From contig CAWGMQ010000006.1 in assembly GCA_963823665.1 (NCBI GenBank), positions 544,001 to 608,000 of the forward strand: a stretch of 64,000 bases of DNA. The letters run 5' to 3'. This DNA is from an uncultured Planctomycetota bacterium (GTDB taxonomy: Bacteria; Planctomycetota; Planctomycetia; Isosphaerales; Isosphaeraceae). Positions within the stretch are counted from its first letter, which is position 1; every line of letters begins with the position of its first letter. Shown here one piece after another: positions 10,869 to 22,705 of this stretch. A program made the position numbers and the translations under genes. The notes beneath the pieces were generated by a model. That model saw nothing but the letters and a program-made list of their open reading frames with translations, did not search any database and was not told where the DNA came from.

Positions 10869-10986
10869 GCTCGAGAGCAGCAACGAGGTAGCCTTTCTCC
10901 ACCGTCTTCGGATGCATTCGATTTGCACGCCAGGGCCGACGTCTTCGCCTTTGAGTCTACATCACTTTTTGCCAGGAGTTGCGACA

Positions 10987-13029
10987 ATGTCATTTACGGC
11001 ATCGATTCACGGGCTGAAGAGAATTGTCGTCCGCAGCGGGCGTGTTCAGCGAGCCAGAACCCGCCGGTGCGCTGTTAGCGCGCGGCGCTCCTTCGTCGCA
11101 CGTTTAGAGACGTTCGAAGATCGAACTTTGCTCAGCACCTTCACGGTGGCCAACCTGAACGACAGCGGCACCGGCTCGCTGCGGGCAGCCATCGCGGCTG
11201 CAAGCAGCGGGGATACGATCGCGTTTGCCAGGGGACTTCGCGGCACCATCACGCTGACAAGCGGCGAATTGCTCGTCCCTGACAGCGTCACCGTCAGCGG
11301 GCCGGGGGCCAATGAGCTTTCCGTGAGCGGCAACAATGCCAGCCGGGTGTTCGAGATCGCCGCCGGCCAGAACGTGACCATCAGCGGCCTGACGATCACC
11401 CACGGATCTGCCTCCGCCGAGGGCGGCGGCATACTGAACGACGGCGCTGATCTGACGCTGTCCGGGGTCGACCTCAGCCAGAACGTGGCTTTCGAGAGCG
11501 GCAGCAGCGGCGCCCAGGGCGGTGGCATTCAGAGTCTGGACGGCACTCTGGTGATCACCAACTCAAAGATCACCGGCAACCAGGCGCTCGGCGGTGCCGG
11601 CGCATCGGCATCCGGCGAGGGCAGCGGCGGCGGCATCTTCGTCACTGCGGGCACTGCGATGATCAGTAACAGCATCATCAGCGGCAACCTGGCTCAAGGC
11701 GGTGACAACAGCAGCGATGGCTTCGCGAGTGGAGGGGGTCTTTTAGCGGCGGCGCCGACCACCCTCACCTCCTCCAGCATCACCGGCAACCAGGTTCGCG
11801 GAGGCCAAGACGCGCCCGACAACGGATCCGAAGGGGGCGGACTGGAGATCTTTGATACGACCGTAGCGATGACGGGGTGTACCGTCAGCGGCAATCTGGC
11901 CGCCGGTGGCGACGGCGGGACTGGGCCATACGTCGGCACCGCCGAAGGGGGCGGTATCAACATGTTTGGCACCGTCACCATCTCTGGAAGCACCTTCGCG
12001 CAGAACCAGACTCTCGCTGGCAGCGGTGGCGAGAGCGGTCAAGGCAACCCGGAAGCTTTCGAGGACTATAGCTTCGGGGGCGCCATTGCAAATACGGAGG
12101 GCAGCCTGAACATCACCAACAGTAGCTTCAACTACAACAAGGCCAACGGCGGCAACAACTCCACGGCCACCGGGGCCGACTTTGGAGCGGTCGGAGGTGC
12201 CGAGGGAGGCGCTCTTTACAATGAGCTTGGTAGTACGGCCACGCTCTCGCTCTGCAGCTTCAACCACAATGTGGCCCAGGGGGGCGATGGCGACACCGGC
12301 AGCGGAATGGTTGTGCTGGTCGGCGAAGGAATGGGAGGCGCGATCGTTTCGGGCTACGGCACCAGCTTGGCCCCGAACACGCTCACCGTCAGCAGCAGCA
12401 CGTTCATTGCGAACAGTGCGCAGGGCGGTGACAACGACGACGGCAACGCCAGCGTGTCGGGCCTTGTCGGCGCCGGGGTCGGCGCCGGAATCGCGAACTA
12501 CGCGGGGGGCAGCGCGATAGTCAGCGGCAGCGTGCTCTTTAGCGGCCAAGCCACGGGCGGTACCGGCAACATCGCCGGAGGCGTCGGGGCTGTCTTCGCC
12601 GGCCTCGGCGCGGGGGGCGGCATCTTCAATTATCTGGGGAACTACGATTCATCGGGATACGGCCTCTTCACTACCAGCTCCGTCAGCGTGACGAGCAGCA
12701 CGCTTTCCCGCGACCAGGCCAACGGCAGCGGCGCCAACGCCGAGGGCGGCGGCATCGCCAACGTGTCCTCGGCAATGACCACGGTGTCGAGCGGCATCCT
12801 GATCCTGAATGAGGCGAACGGTGGGGGCGCCGCCGGACTAGGCGGTGGCGCCTACAATGATTCCAGCTCGACTCTGGCATTCACGCAATCCTTGGTGACT
12901 CAGAATCAAGCCGACGGCGGACCGGGAATTGGCGGCGGGATTTATAGCCTCGGGACGTTCACCTTTGATGCCAATACGTTCATCGTGTTCAACCACGCGT
13001 CCACGAGCGGCGATAACATCGGCCCATGA
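10987..13029 (+). CDS. Planctomycete-type secreted Gly-rich right-handed beta-helix protein
   Basis: AGGAG before the ATG at 10987; Arg-rich N-terminus followed by RLETFEDRTLLS (planctomycete extracellular motif); FTVANLNDSGTGSLRAAI; repeated GGGI/GGAI...N.A.GG. Confidence 0.85.
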   Translation: MSFTASIHGLKRIVVRSGRVQRARTRRCAVSARRSFVARLETFEDRTLLSTFTVANLNDSGTGSLRAAIAAASSGDTIAFARGLRGTITLTSGELLVPDSVTVSGPGANELSVSGNNASRVFEIAAGQNVTISGLTITHGSASAEGGGILNDGADLTLSGVDLSQNVAFESGSSGAQGGGIQSLDGTLVITNSKITGNQALGGAGASASGEGSGGGIFVTAGTAMISNSIISGNLAQGGDNSSDGFASGGGLLAAAPTTLTSSSITGNQVRGGQDAPDNGSEGGGLEIFDTTVAMTGCTVSGNLAAGGDGGTGPYVGTAEGGGINMFGTVTISGSTFAQNQTLAGSGGESGQGNPEAFEDYSFGGAIANTEGSLNITNSSFNYNKANGGNNSTATGADFGAVGGAEGGALYNELGSTATLSLCSFNHNVAQGGDGDTGSGMVVLVGEGMGGAIVSGYGTSLAPNTLTVSSSTFIANSAQGGDNDDGNASVSGLVGAGVGAGIANYAGGSAIVSGSVLFSGQATGGTGNIAGGVGAVFAGLGAGGGIFNYLGNYDSSGYGLFTTSSVSVTSSTLSRDQANGSGANAEGGGIANVSSAMTTVSSGILILNEANGGGAAGLGGGAYNDSSSTLAFTQSLVTQNQADGGPGIGGGIYSLGTFTFDANTFIVFNHASTSGDNIGP

Positions 13030-13382
13030 GGCCCTTCTAAGCTGAGCGTGTCGTGGATTGGGCTTCGGGGAGAGGTGCTTCCGTCGACGTCCCTGTTTCG
13101 CTGCAGCAAGGGATACGGCGCCGGAGTGGTGGTGAGGGCACCCGGTGCCAAGAGGTTCATTCACCTCTGAAGCCGCGCGATCGCTTCGAGCACCGGCTTC
13201 AGAAAGGTACGGGCTGCTTGGACAAGCAACAACTCCGATCGATGGACACCTTTCCGGCCGAGATGTTGCCTCGGACCCGGACGGACCTGGCGAATGTGCT
13301 GCTCAACATCGCCGAGATCGAGCGCAGGCAATCGAGCTTTTCCGCGCTACATAGCATTGCACAATCACGCGACATCGGTGCG

Positions 13383-13608
13383 TGGCACAGGCTCCGCCGG
13401 TGGTCCGGTGTAGCAGGCACACTCCGTGTGCCGTCCGCCGAAGTTGCCGGTTGGATGGCACAGGCTCCGCCGGTGGTCCGGTGTAGCAGACACACTCCGT
13501 GTGCCGTCCGCCGAAATTGCCGGTTGGATGGCACAGGCTCCGCCGGTGGTCCGGTGTAGCACGCACACTCCGTGTGCCGTCCGCCGAAGTTGCCGGTTGG
13601 ATGGCACA
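13383..13608. repeat. 3 x 73-bp tandem intergenic repeat containing a GTAG-type REP hairpin (GTAGCA-GGCACAC-TCC-GTGTGCC), BIME-like
   Basis: Units start at 13383, 13456 and 13529, with a partial unit at 13602; units differ at only 1-2 nt; no unique spacers. Confidence 0.85.
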
Positions 13609-13666
13609 CGCTTTGCCACTGCGCCATGCCCGGGCGGATCGCCGTCCCGGAATCGCGAAAAGCCAT

Positions 13667-15033
13667 TCAGGAGCCTGAAACGGCAAGTCTCTCCATCGAC
13701 GCACGATATCGCGACTCGACCTGATCGCGAAGCACATGCCGGCCCCCGGAGACAACTTTTCGGCCATACCTCCAAACGCAATCCACGGCCGGCAGGCGGG
13801 CGGCGAAGATCCACGCGTCTAGGACCGGATCTCCGAGTCGCCCTGCCAGGTCGACGTGACTGGAGTCCAGGGCGATCAGGTCGGCGGGAGACAGGAGGTG
13901 GATCCCTGCGCTGGGGGTTCCCGGCGCTCGAGAACCTCCTTCAATCGCCGAGTCGAACAGCGATCGCCCGGTGGAGCGGCCGTCGCCGTGCGCCATCACG
14001 TTGCGGGTGCGAAGGGCCAGGCGCTGCGCATACTCGAGCCATCGCAGCTCTGCCGCGGCGTCGATCAATACGTTGGAATCGGATCCCACGCCATACGACC
14101 CGGAAAGAGCCAGGAATTCCGCAGCGGGGAAGATGCCGTCTCCCAGGTTGGCTTCAGTGATCGGGCAGAGGCCAACCACGGCGCCACTGCCGGCGATGCG
14201 CGCCAGCTCGTGCTGATCGACGTGCGTCGCGTGCACCAGACACCATTGATGGTTGACGTCGAACGCATCCAGCAGCCAGGTCGCGGGCCGGCGGCCACAC
14301 CAGCTCAAACAGTCTTCCACTTCTCTGATCTGCTCGGCGAGGTGGATGTGCACTGGACCATTTTCGGCCAGGGCGAGCACGGACGTCAGCTCCGCCTCGG
14401 TGCAGGCCCTGAGGCTATGCGGGGCGATTCCTACCACCGCGTCGTCAAGCGTTGAAACCGCCCGGCGGCTCCGCTCAAGCAGTGATGTGTAGCCGTCGAT
14501 ATCCGTGACGAAGCGCATCTGGCGAAGGTCCGGTGCGGCACCCCGAAGCCGGAATGAGCGTAGAACACGGGCAAGAGCGTCAAGCCGATCCCGACTGCCT
14601 GCGCCGCCGCAGCCACGCGGTTGGCCATCTCGGCGACGTCATCGAATGGACGACCGCTGCGATCGTGGTGGACGTAGTGAAACTCACCGACACGGGTGAA
14701 GCCTGCCTCCAGCATCTCCATGTACGCGAAGGCGGTGATGGCCTCCAGGTCGTCGGGGCCGATGGCGTCGACAAACCGGTACATCGTTTCGCGCCAGGAC
14801 CAGAAGTTGTGGCCGATCGCCGCGCGCACCTCGGTGTGGCCCGCCATCACTCGCTGGAAGGCGTGACTGTGAACATTCGGAAGACCGGGCACACCGATCG
14901 CATTGCGCTCCGCACCGGGCTGCGGCGATACGCCCGACTCGATGGACTGGATCCGGCCATTGTCGATATCAATCCGGACCCGCTCGGCCCATCCCGAGGG
15001 CAGCAAGCACGATTGGAACCACAAGCTCGTCAT
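13667..15033 (-). CDS. hutF: Formimidoylglutamate deiminase, split by a 1-nt deletion near 14542
   Basis: PGLPNVHSHAFQR, FWSWRE, VGEFHY, GIAPHSLRA, HIHLAEQ, LCPITEANLGDG and GSDSN motifs across ORFs 14431..15033 and 13667..14518; adding one G in the GGGG run restores GFGGAAPDLRQMRF. Confidence 0.9.
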
Positions 15034-15082
15034 GAGCGGTGCGATCTCCTTTCCCTCGTCGCAAGTTAGACAATCTCGGGGA

Positions 15083-15109
15083 GAAATCGGTACAATTGTA
15101 ATCGATTTC
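15083..15109. promoter_or_regulatory. Imperfect palindrome in the hutF/hutI divergent promoter (GAAATCG-G-TACAATTGTA-AT-CGATTTC); candidate operator
   Basis: Perfect 10-bp core palindrome plus 7-bp arms, AT-rich, centred between the divergent start codons. Confidence 0.5.
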
Positions 15110-15149
15110 CACGGCGATGCATGTCATGCTCTTCGCGCAAGAGGCCGCC

Positions 15150-16355
15150 ATGTTCTGCGATCGCGTCTGGCTGAACGCGCGGCTCGCAACCCTGCGATCG
15201 GACCAACCCGGGCTGGGCGAGATGCCGGACGGGATCGTGGCCTGTCGAGACTCACGCATCCTTTACGCCGGTGCGGCTGCCGGTGCTCCGTCGGATCTGC
15301 ACGCGCCCGAGCGCATCGACTGCGCGGGCCGCTGGATCACGCCGGGGCTGATCGATTGTCATACCCATTTGATCCACGCCGGTGACCGCTCGAACGAGTT
15401 CGAGATGCGGTTGCGCGGCGCGAGCTATGCCGAGATTGCCAGGGCCGGCGGCGGAATCGTCTCGACAATGCGTGCGACGCGAAGCGCGAGTGAAGAGGGG
15501 CTAGTCCATTCCGCGCTGGGGCGGTTAGACGCTCTGATCGCCGAGGGCGTGACCACGGTTGAAATCAAGTCCGGCTACGGTCTCGACCTCGACAGCGAGC
15601 GGAAGCAATTGCGAGCCGCGCAATCGCTCGCGCGACGGCGTGCGGTGACGATCGCGACGACGTTTCTGGGAGCACATGCCCTGCCGCCTGAGGCCGCCAG
15701 CGCGGATGCGTACATCGATCTCGTCGTTAGAGATATGATTCCGGCCGTGGCCGCGGAGGGTCTGGCGGAGACGGTGGATGCGTTCTGTGAAGGGATCGGC
15801 TTCTCTCCGGAGCAGACCGCGCGCGTATTCGAATCGGCGCGAGCGCACGGCTTGAGGGTGAGGCTGCATGCCGATCAACTGTCGAACCTGCACGGAGCGG
15901 CACTGGCGGCTCGATTCGGTGCTCTCTCGGCCGATCATCTCGAATACACCGATGAAGCGGGTGTTTGTGCGATGGCGGCGGCCGGTGTGGTCGCGGTGCT
16001 GCTGCCGGGCGCGTTTTACTTCCTGCGCGAGACGACGCGGCCGCCCGTGGAGCTGCTGCGCCGGCATCATGTGCCGATTGCCGTGGCGACCGATTGCAAC
16101 CCGGGCACCTCGCCGCTCACTTCACTGCTGCTGGCCATGAATATGGGCGCGACTCTTTTCGGCCTGACGGTCGACGAGTGCATTGCGGGTGTCACCCGGG
16201 AGGCGGCACGGGCGCTCGGGCGGCTTGCGAATGTTGGTACGATCGAGCCCGGCAAGTCATGCGACCTGGCGATCTGGGACATCGATCGCCCGGCCGAGCT
16301 TGTTTATCGCATGGGGTTCAATCCGCTGCACGCGCGCGTCTGGAGAGGAAAATGA
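15150..16355 (+). CDS. hutI: Imidazolonepropionase
   Basis: [57 protein letters not shown]. Confidence 0.96.
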   Translation: MFCDRVWLNARLATLRSDQPGLGEMPDGIVACRDSRILYAGAAAGAPSDLHAPERIDCAGRWITPGLIDCHTHLIHAGDRSNEFEMRLRGASYAEIARAGGGIVSTMRATRSASEEGLVHSALGRLDALIAEGVTTVEIKSGYGLDLDSERKQLRAAQSLARRRAVTIATTFLGAHALPPEAASADAYIDLVVRDMIPAVAAEGLAETVDAFCEGIGFSPEQTARVFESARAHGLRVRLHADQLSNLHGAALAARFGALSADHLEYTDEAGVCAMAAAGVVAVLLPGAFYFLRETTRPPVELLRRHHVPIAVATDCNPGTSPLTSLLLAMNMGATLFGLTVDECIAGVTREAARALGRLANVGTIEPGKSCDLAIWDIDRPAELVYRMGFNPLHARVWRGK

Positions 16356-17905
16356 CGCCCGTTCTGTTACGCCCGGGCGCGGTCAGCCTGGCCCAATGGC
16401 AAGCCGTCTACCGGGGCGCCCGAGTGAGGCTCGATCCTGAGTGCCGCAGTGCGATCCACCGCAGCGCCCTGGCCGTTGTTCGGATCGTGGCCAAGGGGGA
16501 GCCGGTTTATGGCGTCAACACCGGGTTCGGCAAGCTGGCGAGCGTCCAGATCGCCGTGAACGACCTTGAGACCTTGCAGCGCAACATTGTGTTGTCGCAC
16601 GCGGCAGGCGCAGGCGAACCGGCGCCGGCTCCGGTGGTGCGCCTGATGATGGCTCTCAAACTTGCAAGTCTCGCGCAGGGCGCCTCGGGCGTTCGGCCCG
16701 AGACCGTCGCGCTGCTCGAAACGATGCTGGAGCGCGACTTGCTCCCTGTCGTTCCGGTCCAGGGCTCCGTGGGTGCCTCCGGCGACCTGGCCCCGCTGGC
16801 GCACATGGCCGCGGCGATGATCGGGGCGAGCGAAATCATGGTCGCCGGGCGCAGCATGCCGGCAGCGCGGGCGCTTGCCGATGCCGGTCTGGAGCCGCTG
16901 CATCTTGGTCCCAAGGAAGGGCTCGCGCTGCTAAACGGTACGCAGTTTTCGACTGCCTATGCGCTCGCGGGCCTTTTTGAAACCGAGGTCGTCCTCCAGA
17001 GTGCGCTCGTCGCCGGCGCCCTGTCGACCGAGGCCGCCAAGGGATCGGATACACCGTTCGACTCGAGGATTCACAAGCTGCGCGGCCATCGCGGTCAGCT
17101 CGAAACGGCCGCCGCGATCCGCCAGCTCATGGCGGGCTCCCAGATCCGAGCGTCGCATCTGACGGGAGATGTGCGCGTGCAAGACCCGTACAGCATCCGG
17201 TGTCAGCCGCAAGTGATGGGGGCGGTCCTCGACTTGCTGCGCCAGGCAGCTTTCACGCTCTGGATCGAGTCGAACGGTGTATCCGACAACCCGCTCGTCT
17301 TCCCCGCAGGCGAAGGGGGGAACGACGAGGTTCTCTCCGGCGGCAACTTCCACGCGGAACCGGTTGCATTCGCCGCCGACATGATCGCGATCGCAATCTG
17401 CGAGCTCGGCTCGCTATCGGAGCGCCGCACCGCGGTACTGGTCGATCCTGCCCTTTCCGGCCTGCCGGCGTTCCTCTCACCCGAGCCCGGACTCAACTCC
17501 GGTTTCATGATCCCGCAGGTGACGGCGGCGGCGCTCGTTTCCGAAAACAAGCAGCGAGCCTTTCCCGCAAGCGTCGACTCGATTCCCACCAGCGTCAACC
17601 AAGAAGATCATGTGTCGATGTCTGCGCATGCCGCGCGCCGGCTGACGCCGATGGCCTGGAACGCCGCCACGATCGTCGGTATCGAGGTGCTGGCGGCCGC
17701 GCAGGGATGCGATTTTCACGCTCCGCTCTCGAGCAGCGACGACCTGGAACGCGTGCGCGCGGCAGTTCGCCAGCGTGTGCCGCGGCTCGATGGCGACCGA
17801 TATCTGAGCCCCGATCTCCGCGCGGCGGCCGGAATGGTGCGCGAGGGTGCTCTGATCGCCGGTCTGGAAACCCCCCTGCCCTCCATCATCGGAGCATCCT
17901 TGTGA
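16352..17905 (+). CDS. hutH: Histidine ammonia-lyase
   Basis: [23 protein letters not shown] (MIO-forming ASG), [38 protein letters not shown] overlap with hutI. Confidence 0.97.
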   Translation: MTPVLLRPGAVSLAQWQAVYRGARVRLDPECRSAIHRSALAVVRIVAKGEPVYGVNTGFGKLASVQIAVNDLETLQRNIVLSHAAGAGEPAPAPVVRLMMALKLASLAQGASGVRPETVALLETMLERDLLPVVPVQGSVGASGDLAPLAHMAAAMIGASEIMVAGRSMPAARALADAGLEPLHLGPKEGLALLNGTQFSTAYALAGLFETEVVLQSALVAGALSTEAAKGSDTPFDSRIHKLRGHRGQLETAAAIRQLMAGSQIRASHLTGDVRVQDPYSIRCQPQVMGAVLDLLRQAAFTLWIESNGVSDNPLVFPAGEGGNDEVLSGGNFHAEPVAFAADMIAIAICELGSLSERRTAVLVDPALSGLPAFLSPEPGLNSGFMIPQVTAAALVSENKQRAFPASVDSIPTSVNQEDHVSMSAHAARRLTPMAWNAATIVGIEVLAAAQGCDFHAPLSSSDDLERVRAAVRQRVPRLDGDRYLSPDLRAAAGMVREGALIAGLETPLPSIIGASL

Positions 17906-18741
17906 GCGGGAACTGGCTGACGATCCGGCGCGGTTCGGCGCCGCTGGTGATCAGCATTCCGCACGCCGGAGTCGAGATACCGCGCGAGATCGAGACGACG
18001 TTGGTCTCGCCGTGGCTCGCGCGCAAGGACACCGATTGGTGGGTGGACCGACTTTACCAGCACGCTGGCATGTCTGATCTAACAATTGTGCAGACGGCGA
18101 TCTCGCGCACGGTCATCGACGTGAACCGCGACCCGTCGGGCCGCTCGCTCTACCCGGGCCAGGCAACGACGGAGCTTTGCCCGAGCATGACGTTCGATGG
18201 AGAGCCGCTGTATCAAAGCGGCGAGGCGCCGGGCGCGGAGGAAGTTTTACGTCGTAAGGCGCGGTGGTTCGTGCCTTATCACGAGGCATTATCGGCTGAG
18301 CTGGCGCGGTTGCGCGGCGCGCACGCGCACGTCGTGCTTTATGACGCCCACTCGATCCGTTCGTCGGTTCCGCGACTCTTTGACGGCACCCTACCTCACT
18401 TCAACATTGGCACGAACGCCGGAGCGAGCTGTGCAGCGGAACTCACCAGGGCGGTGGAAGCCGCGTGCGATGCGACGTCGTTCAGCCGCGTTACGAACGG
18501 GCGCTTTCGGGGTGGCTATATTACCCGCAAGCACGGGAATCGCCACTTGGGCGTCCACGCGATCCAGATGGAGCTGGCCTGCCGGAGCTATCTGCGTGAA
18601 CCGATCGGTCGCGTCGACCCGTCGAACTGGCCGCTACCGCTCGACGAAGGTTTTGCGGCACCGATGATCGTCGCGATTGGCGAGATTCTGCGAGCCAGCC
18701 TTCAGTTTGCAGCAGCCAAAACCGGAGGAGTAAACCCATGA
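17902..18741 (+). CDS. hutG: N-formylglutamate deformylase/amidohydrolase
   Basis: [56 protein letters not shown] overlap with hutH. Confidence 0.93.
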   Translation: MSGNWLTIRRGSAPLVISIPHAGVEIPREIETTLVSPWLARKDTDWWVDRLYQHAGMSDLTIVQTAISRTVIDVNRDPSGRSLYPGQATTELCPSMTFDGEPLYQSGEAPGAEEVLRRKARWFVPYHEALSAELARLRGAHAHVVLYDAHSIRSSVPRLFDGTLPHFNIGTNAGASCAAELTRAVEAACDATSFSRVTNGRFRGGYITRKHGNRHLGVHAIQMELACRSYLREPIGRVDPSNWPLPLDEGFAAPMIVAIGEILRASLQFAAAKTGGVNP

Positions 18742-20405
18742 CCCGCATCGACAAGACACGCGTCATCCGCGCGCCGCGTGGGCCGGAGCGAAGCGCGAAG
18801 AGCTGGCAGACCGAGGCGGCGCTGCGGATGCTCATGAACAACCTCGACGCCGAGGTTGCCGAACGGCCCGAGGAGCTGGTGGTCTACGGCGGCATCGGCC
18901 GAGCAGCGCGCGACTGGGAGAGCTTCGACCGCATCGTGGCGACGCTGCGGCGGCTCGAGCTTGATCAGACGCTGCTCGTTCAGTCCGGCAAGCCAGTCGG
19001 TGTTTTCCGCACCCACGCAGATGCGCCTCGGGTCCTGATCGCGAACTCCAACCTCGTGCCGGCCTGGGCGAACTGGGACCACTTTCACGAGCTGGACCGC
19101 AAAGGGCTGATGATGTTTGGCCAGATGACGGCGGGCAGTTGGATCTACATCGGCAGCCAGGGAATCGTGCAAGGCACGTACGAGACATTCGTCGAAGTGT
19201 GTCGGCAGCATTACTCCGGCGATTTTGCCGGACGATGGATCCTGACCGCGGGTCTGGGAGGAATGGGCGGCGCGCAGCCGCTTGCGGCAGTCATGGCCGG
19301 TGCCTCGTGCCTGGCGGTCGAATGCCAGCCTTCGCGCATCGCGATGCGGTTGAAGACCGGCTACCTGGACCGTCAGACAAGCAGTCTGGATGAGGCGCTG
19401 GAATGGATTGCCCGGTCTTGCCGGGAAAAGAGACCGGTGTCCGTCGGTCTGCTGGGCAACGCCGCGGACGTGTATCCGGATCTGGTACAGCGAGGCGTAC
19501 GGCCCGACGCCGTGACCGACCAGACCTCCGCGCACGATCCGGCGAGCGGCTATCTGCCCAAGGGGTGGACGCTCGAGCAATGGGCTTCTGGCCGGGAACA
19601 CGATCCCAAAGGCGTTGAACGTGCGGCGAAACGCTCGATGGCCGAGCAAGTCGCCGCGATGCTGGAATTCCACAAGTCCGGTGTCCCGACCTTCGACTAC
19701 GGCAACAACATCCGGCAAATGGCCAAGGATGAGGGTCTCGTGAGCGCCTTCAACTTTCCCGGTTTTGTGCCAGCGTACATCCGCCCGCTGTTCTGCCGCG
19801 GCATCGGCCCGTTTCGATGGGTCGCTCTCTCCGGAGATCCGGAGGACATCTACCGAACGGACGAGAAGGTGCGCACGCTCATGCCTGGCGACAAGCACCT
19901 GCACAACTGGCTCGCGCTGGCCCGTTCAAAGATCAAGTTTCAAGGACTGCCGGCCCGCATCTGCTGGGTTGGTCTGGGCGACCGGCACCGGTTGGGATTG
20001 GCCTTCAACGAGATGGTTGCCAGCGGGGAGCTCAAAACGCCGATCGTGATTGGCCGCGACCATCTCGATTCGGGCGCGGTGGCCTCGCCGAACCGTGAGA
20101 CCGAAGCGATGAAGGACGGTTCCGACGCCGTCTCGGATTGGCCGGTCCTCAACGCGCTGCTCAATTGTGCCTCGGGCGCGACGTGGGTTTCGTTTCACCA
20201 CGGCGGGGGCGTCGGGATGGGCTACTCGCAACACGCGGGCCAGGTGATCGTGGCCGACGGCACCCCGGAGGCTGCTCGCCGATTGGAGCGCGTGCTCTGG
20301 AACGATCCGGCGAGCGGCGTGATGCGGCACGCTGACGCGGGATATGGCGCGGCGGTTGAGTGCGCGAAGGAAAAAGGCCTGGACCTGCCCGGCATTCTGG
20401 GCTGA
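18738..20405 (+). CDS. hutU: Urocanate hydratase
   Basis: [60 protein letters not shown] overlap with hutG. Confidence 0.98.
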   Translation: MTRIDKTRVIRAPRGPERSAKSWQTEAALRMLMNNLDAEVAERPEELVVYGGIGRAARDWESFDRIVATLRRLELDQTLLVQSGKPVGVFRTHADAPRVLIANSNLVPAWANWDHFHELDRKGLMMFGQMTAGSWIYIGSQGIVQGTYETFVEVCRQHYSGDFAGRWILTAGLGGMGGAQPLAAVMAGASCLAVECQPSRIAMRLKTGYLDRQTSSLDEALEWIARSCREKRPVSVGLLGNAADVYPDLVQRGVRPDAVTDQTSAHDPASGYLPKGWTLEQWASGREHDPKGVERAAKRSMAEQVAAMLEFHKSGVPTFDYGNNIRQMAKDEGLVSAFNFPGFVPAYIRPLFCRGIGPFRWVALSGDPEDIYRTDEKVRTLMPGDKHLHNWLALARSKIKFQGLPARICWVGLGDRHRLGLAFNEMVASGELKTPIVIGRDHLDSGAVASPNRETEAMKDGSDAVSDWPVLNALLNCASGATWVSFHHGGGVGMGYSQHAGQVIVADGTPEAARRLERVLWNDPASGVMRHADAGYGAAVECAKEKGLDLPGILG

Positions 20406-20418
20406 CACCTTTTCGGGT

Positions 20419-20862
20419 TTATCCGCTCGGGGCGGACTGGGCCGGCGCCGGCCGCGGAAGAAGCCATGCGCCGGCGTACGTGGCCGGCAGGAAAATCGCG
20501 AACGTGGCGATCCAGAACCAGATAGGTGGCGGCAGCATCAAGTTGTTTGCAATGCCGGCCAGAGTGAGCAAGGCGCCGAGCGCCAAGGCGTGCCCTCCTG
20601 GAGAATTTCGACCGATCAGAGCGGTGAGGAATCCGCCTGCTATTCTTCCCAGCGCCCACCCGGCAAGAACAACGACGAGTGCGCCCAGCGGAGCACTCGC
20701 CATGAGCGCCTTGATTTCCTGCCTATCCGTCACGCCTTTCGCCCGCTTGCCTAACTCCGGATACAGGAGTTGACCGTTGGCCGTCTCCACGATCATCATC
20801 ACCACGCTGGCAGCGACGAAGCCAGCGATTACTGCAAGAATGCTACGGATCACCCGCCACAT
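20419..20862 (-). CDS. Small integral membrane protein (about 4 TM helices), function unknown
   Basis: GGGGAGG RBS before the ATG at 20862; hydrophobic segments; co-directional with the SWIM gene and about 80 bp downstream of it. Confidence 0.8.
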   Translation of the reverse strand: MWRVIRSILAVIAGFVAASVVMMIVETANGQLLYPELGKRAKGVTDRQEIKALMASAPLGALVVVLAGWALGRIAGGFLTALIGRNSPGGHALALGALLTLAGIANNLMLPPPIWFWIATFAIFLPATYAGAWLLPRPAPAQSAPSG

Positions 20863-20939
20863 ACGACCTCCCCCAATTTGCCACGAGTCGCGTAATCCAA
20901 GCTGGCAATCCGTTGCGCGGTCATTCACCCTGACCGTGG

Positions 20940-22705
20940 CTAACCACGGTGGTGCAGCATTGCCGTGGCTCTGCCCAGCTCGTGATTGCAGGTGCGCAAG
21001 TATATTGCTGTGGCCAAAAACGTGTCGATACCACTTGGCCCGGCATCCAAGGGTGTGCTCGCGAGGGCCTCCAGTAGCGCCGCTCCTGTGGTAAAGCCAG
21101 TCCCGCGGAGTGCCGTCGTCTCTGCGATCAACATCCTCGAGTGGTTCGTCCGCCGAGAAACGAAGCCGGACAACACCGTTGCGATCCAGCGCCGCCGCAG
21201 CGAGCTCAGGGGATTCTCGTGCTCGCGCGGCTCATCCAGAGCCGGTAGCTCCACAGGCCGAGGTCGCGCGTTCTTGAGGTGATGACGCTGAAGCTCATCG
21301 AAGCCCAAACAAATTCGGCCAGCAAACGACTGGGGAATCTCCAAGCGCGGCTCGCCATCAGTGCGCTCGACTCCTTCAGCCTGGGCAACGGCAAGCGGCG
21401 AGACGACCGTTGGTTCGTCCAGGTTCATGCGGCCGATGACCTGCATCCGCAGCCCCGCGCGTGGCTCAGCATGCGCAAGTTCTCGCGAAAGCAGAGCGAC
21501 TCGCTTTCATTCTCAATGGCCAGGCGAATCGGCGGAGTATCGGTGTTTGGCATGAAAAACAATTCAGCGCCGGCGGCGCCGGCGATCGTGCCCGTGACAA
21601 AAACGAAATCCCAGCCGGCCGGTCGCGCATCAGCAGGTTCGCCGGCCTGCGCGTAAACAGCATTCCATTGCTCCACCACCGGACGACGAAATCGCCCCTG
21701 GATCGAGTCGGCTTGCCAGGTGGATTCGCCCTGCGCCACGATCTTGACGTCTTTCCCGCGGCCCAGGCGTCCGTCCTGGGACGCAGTCAGGTCGGTACCA
21801 AAGTACAGGCCGCGAGCGAGCTGTTTCGCCGGCTGGACCAAAGCCCCGATTTCAATGCCCCCGAGGTAGGCGTCGCGGGCACGTAGAGCCTCACCGGGGC
21901 GGATATCCGATGCTGTGTAGATATGATCGTCTTCGCCCAGAAAATAAACTGCTGCCCCGGAAAAACCGCTGCGCGTGATGATCGGCTCGGCAAAGAGCCC
22001 GTGCAGCCTGCGCGGCCGAACCGGCCGTTGTTTTCGACGCGCCGTGCCGATCCAGAAGCTCTCGACCGCCTTCCCGCTGAGCACGTGCCGGCTCGTTTCG
22101 AGCACGTCCGCCACGTCTAGAGCGAGCTGTGCGGGATCCGCCGTGGTCGCACGCGTCCGAATCTCATGAGTACCGGCAGCGATTCTCAATCCCAGCCCCG
22201 CCAGCCGATGAAGCCCGACGGCGCGGCATTGATGAACCGCACGAAGCAGGCCAGACTGCACGACGACGCCGGCGCTTGAGACACCGACTTGCAGCAACTG
22301 TGCTACATTTCGGACCAGCTCACGCGCAGCGTGCAGCAGCTTTTCGTCAGGCTCGACAACGTCGTCACGCTCGTCTGCTGCGGCCGGCTCGATCACTTCT
22401 TGTTGGTCGCCTGGATGCGACTCGACGATCGCCACTTCGAGACGAGTGACGCAGGCGAGTACATGGAAACATGTAGGTGACAATAAACACGTACAGGCCA
22501 GTTGCTCCACGCGCGTGACGTGTCCATGCGGCAATCTCACGGTTTCCGCACCAGTATTCACCGACCAGGCCTCGTCGCTCGAGAGCCAGAGCCAGCTTGC
22601 CCCGGCGTCGGGCTCGCGATCGAGGCGACGCCGTACCCGATCGGGCGTTGATTCGATCATCGCCGCGACGAGCGCTGGCGATACAGTGGGACGGTCCGCG
22701 CTCAT
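20940..22705 (-). CDS. SWIM zinc-finger protein (YehQ-like), split by a frameshift near 21457
   Basis: CTCLLSPTCFH SWIM motif; ATGA overlap with the vWA stop; one added C restores HAPGLRMQVIGR and joins ORFs 21425..22738 and 20940..21446. Confidence 0.82.

Noticed and set aside
13383..13608. CRISPR array
   Set aside because: Units are contiguous and near-identical with no unique spacers, and there are no cas genes
13053..14160. ORFs 13053..13559, 13199..13666, 13303..13767, 13365..13814, 13426..14160
   Set aside because: Translations of the REP tandem or antisense to hutF
14518..14545. Programmed frameshift or true pseudogene in hutF
   Set aside because: A single missing G in a G-run within an otherwise intact pathway; sequencing error is more parsimonious, though unproven
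15965..17901. Long N-terminal extensions of hutH (from 15965) and hutG (from 17200) in the ORF track
   Set aside because: They overlap upstream genes; the true starts are at the ATGA/GTGA overlaps (16352, 17902)
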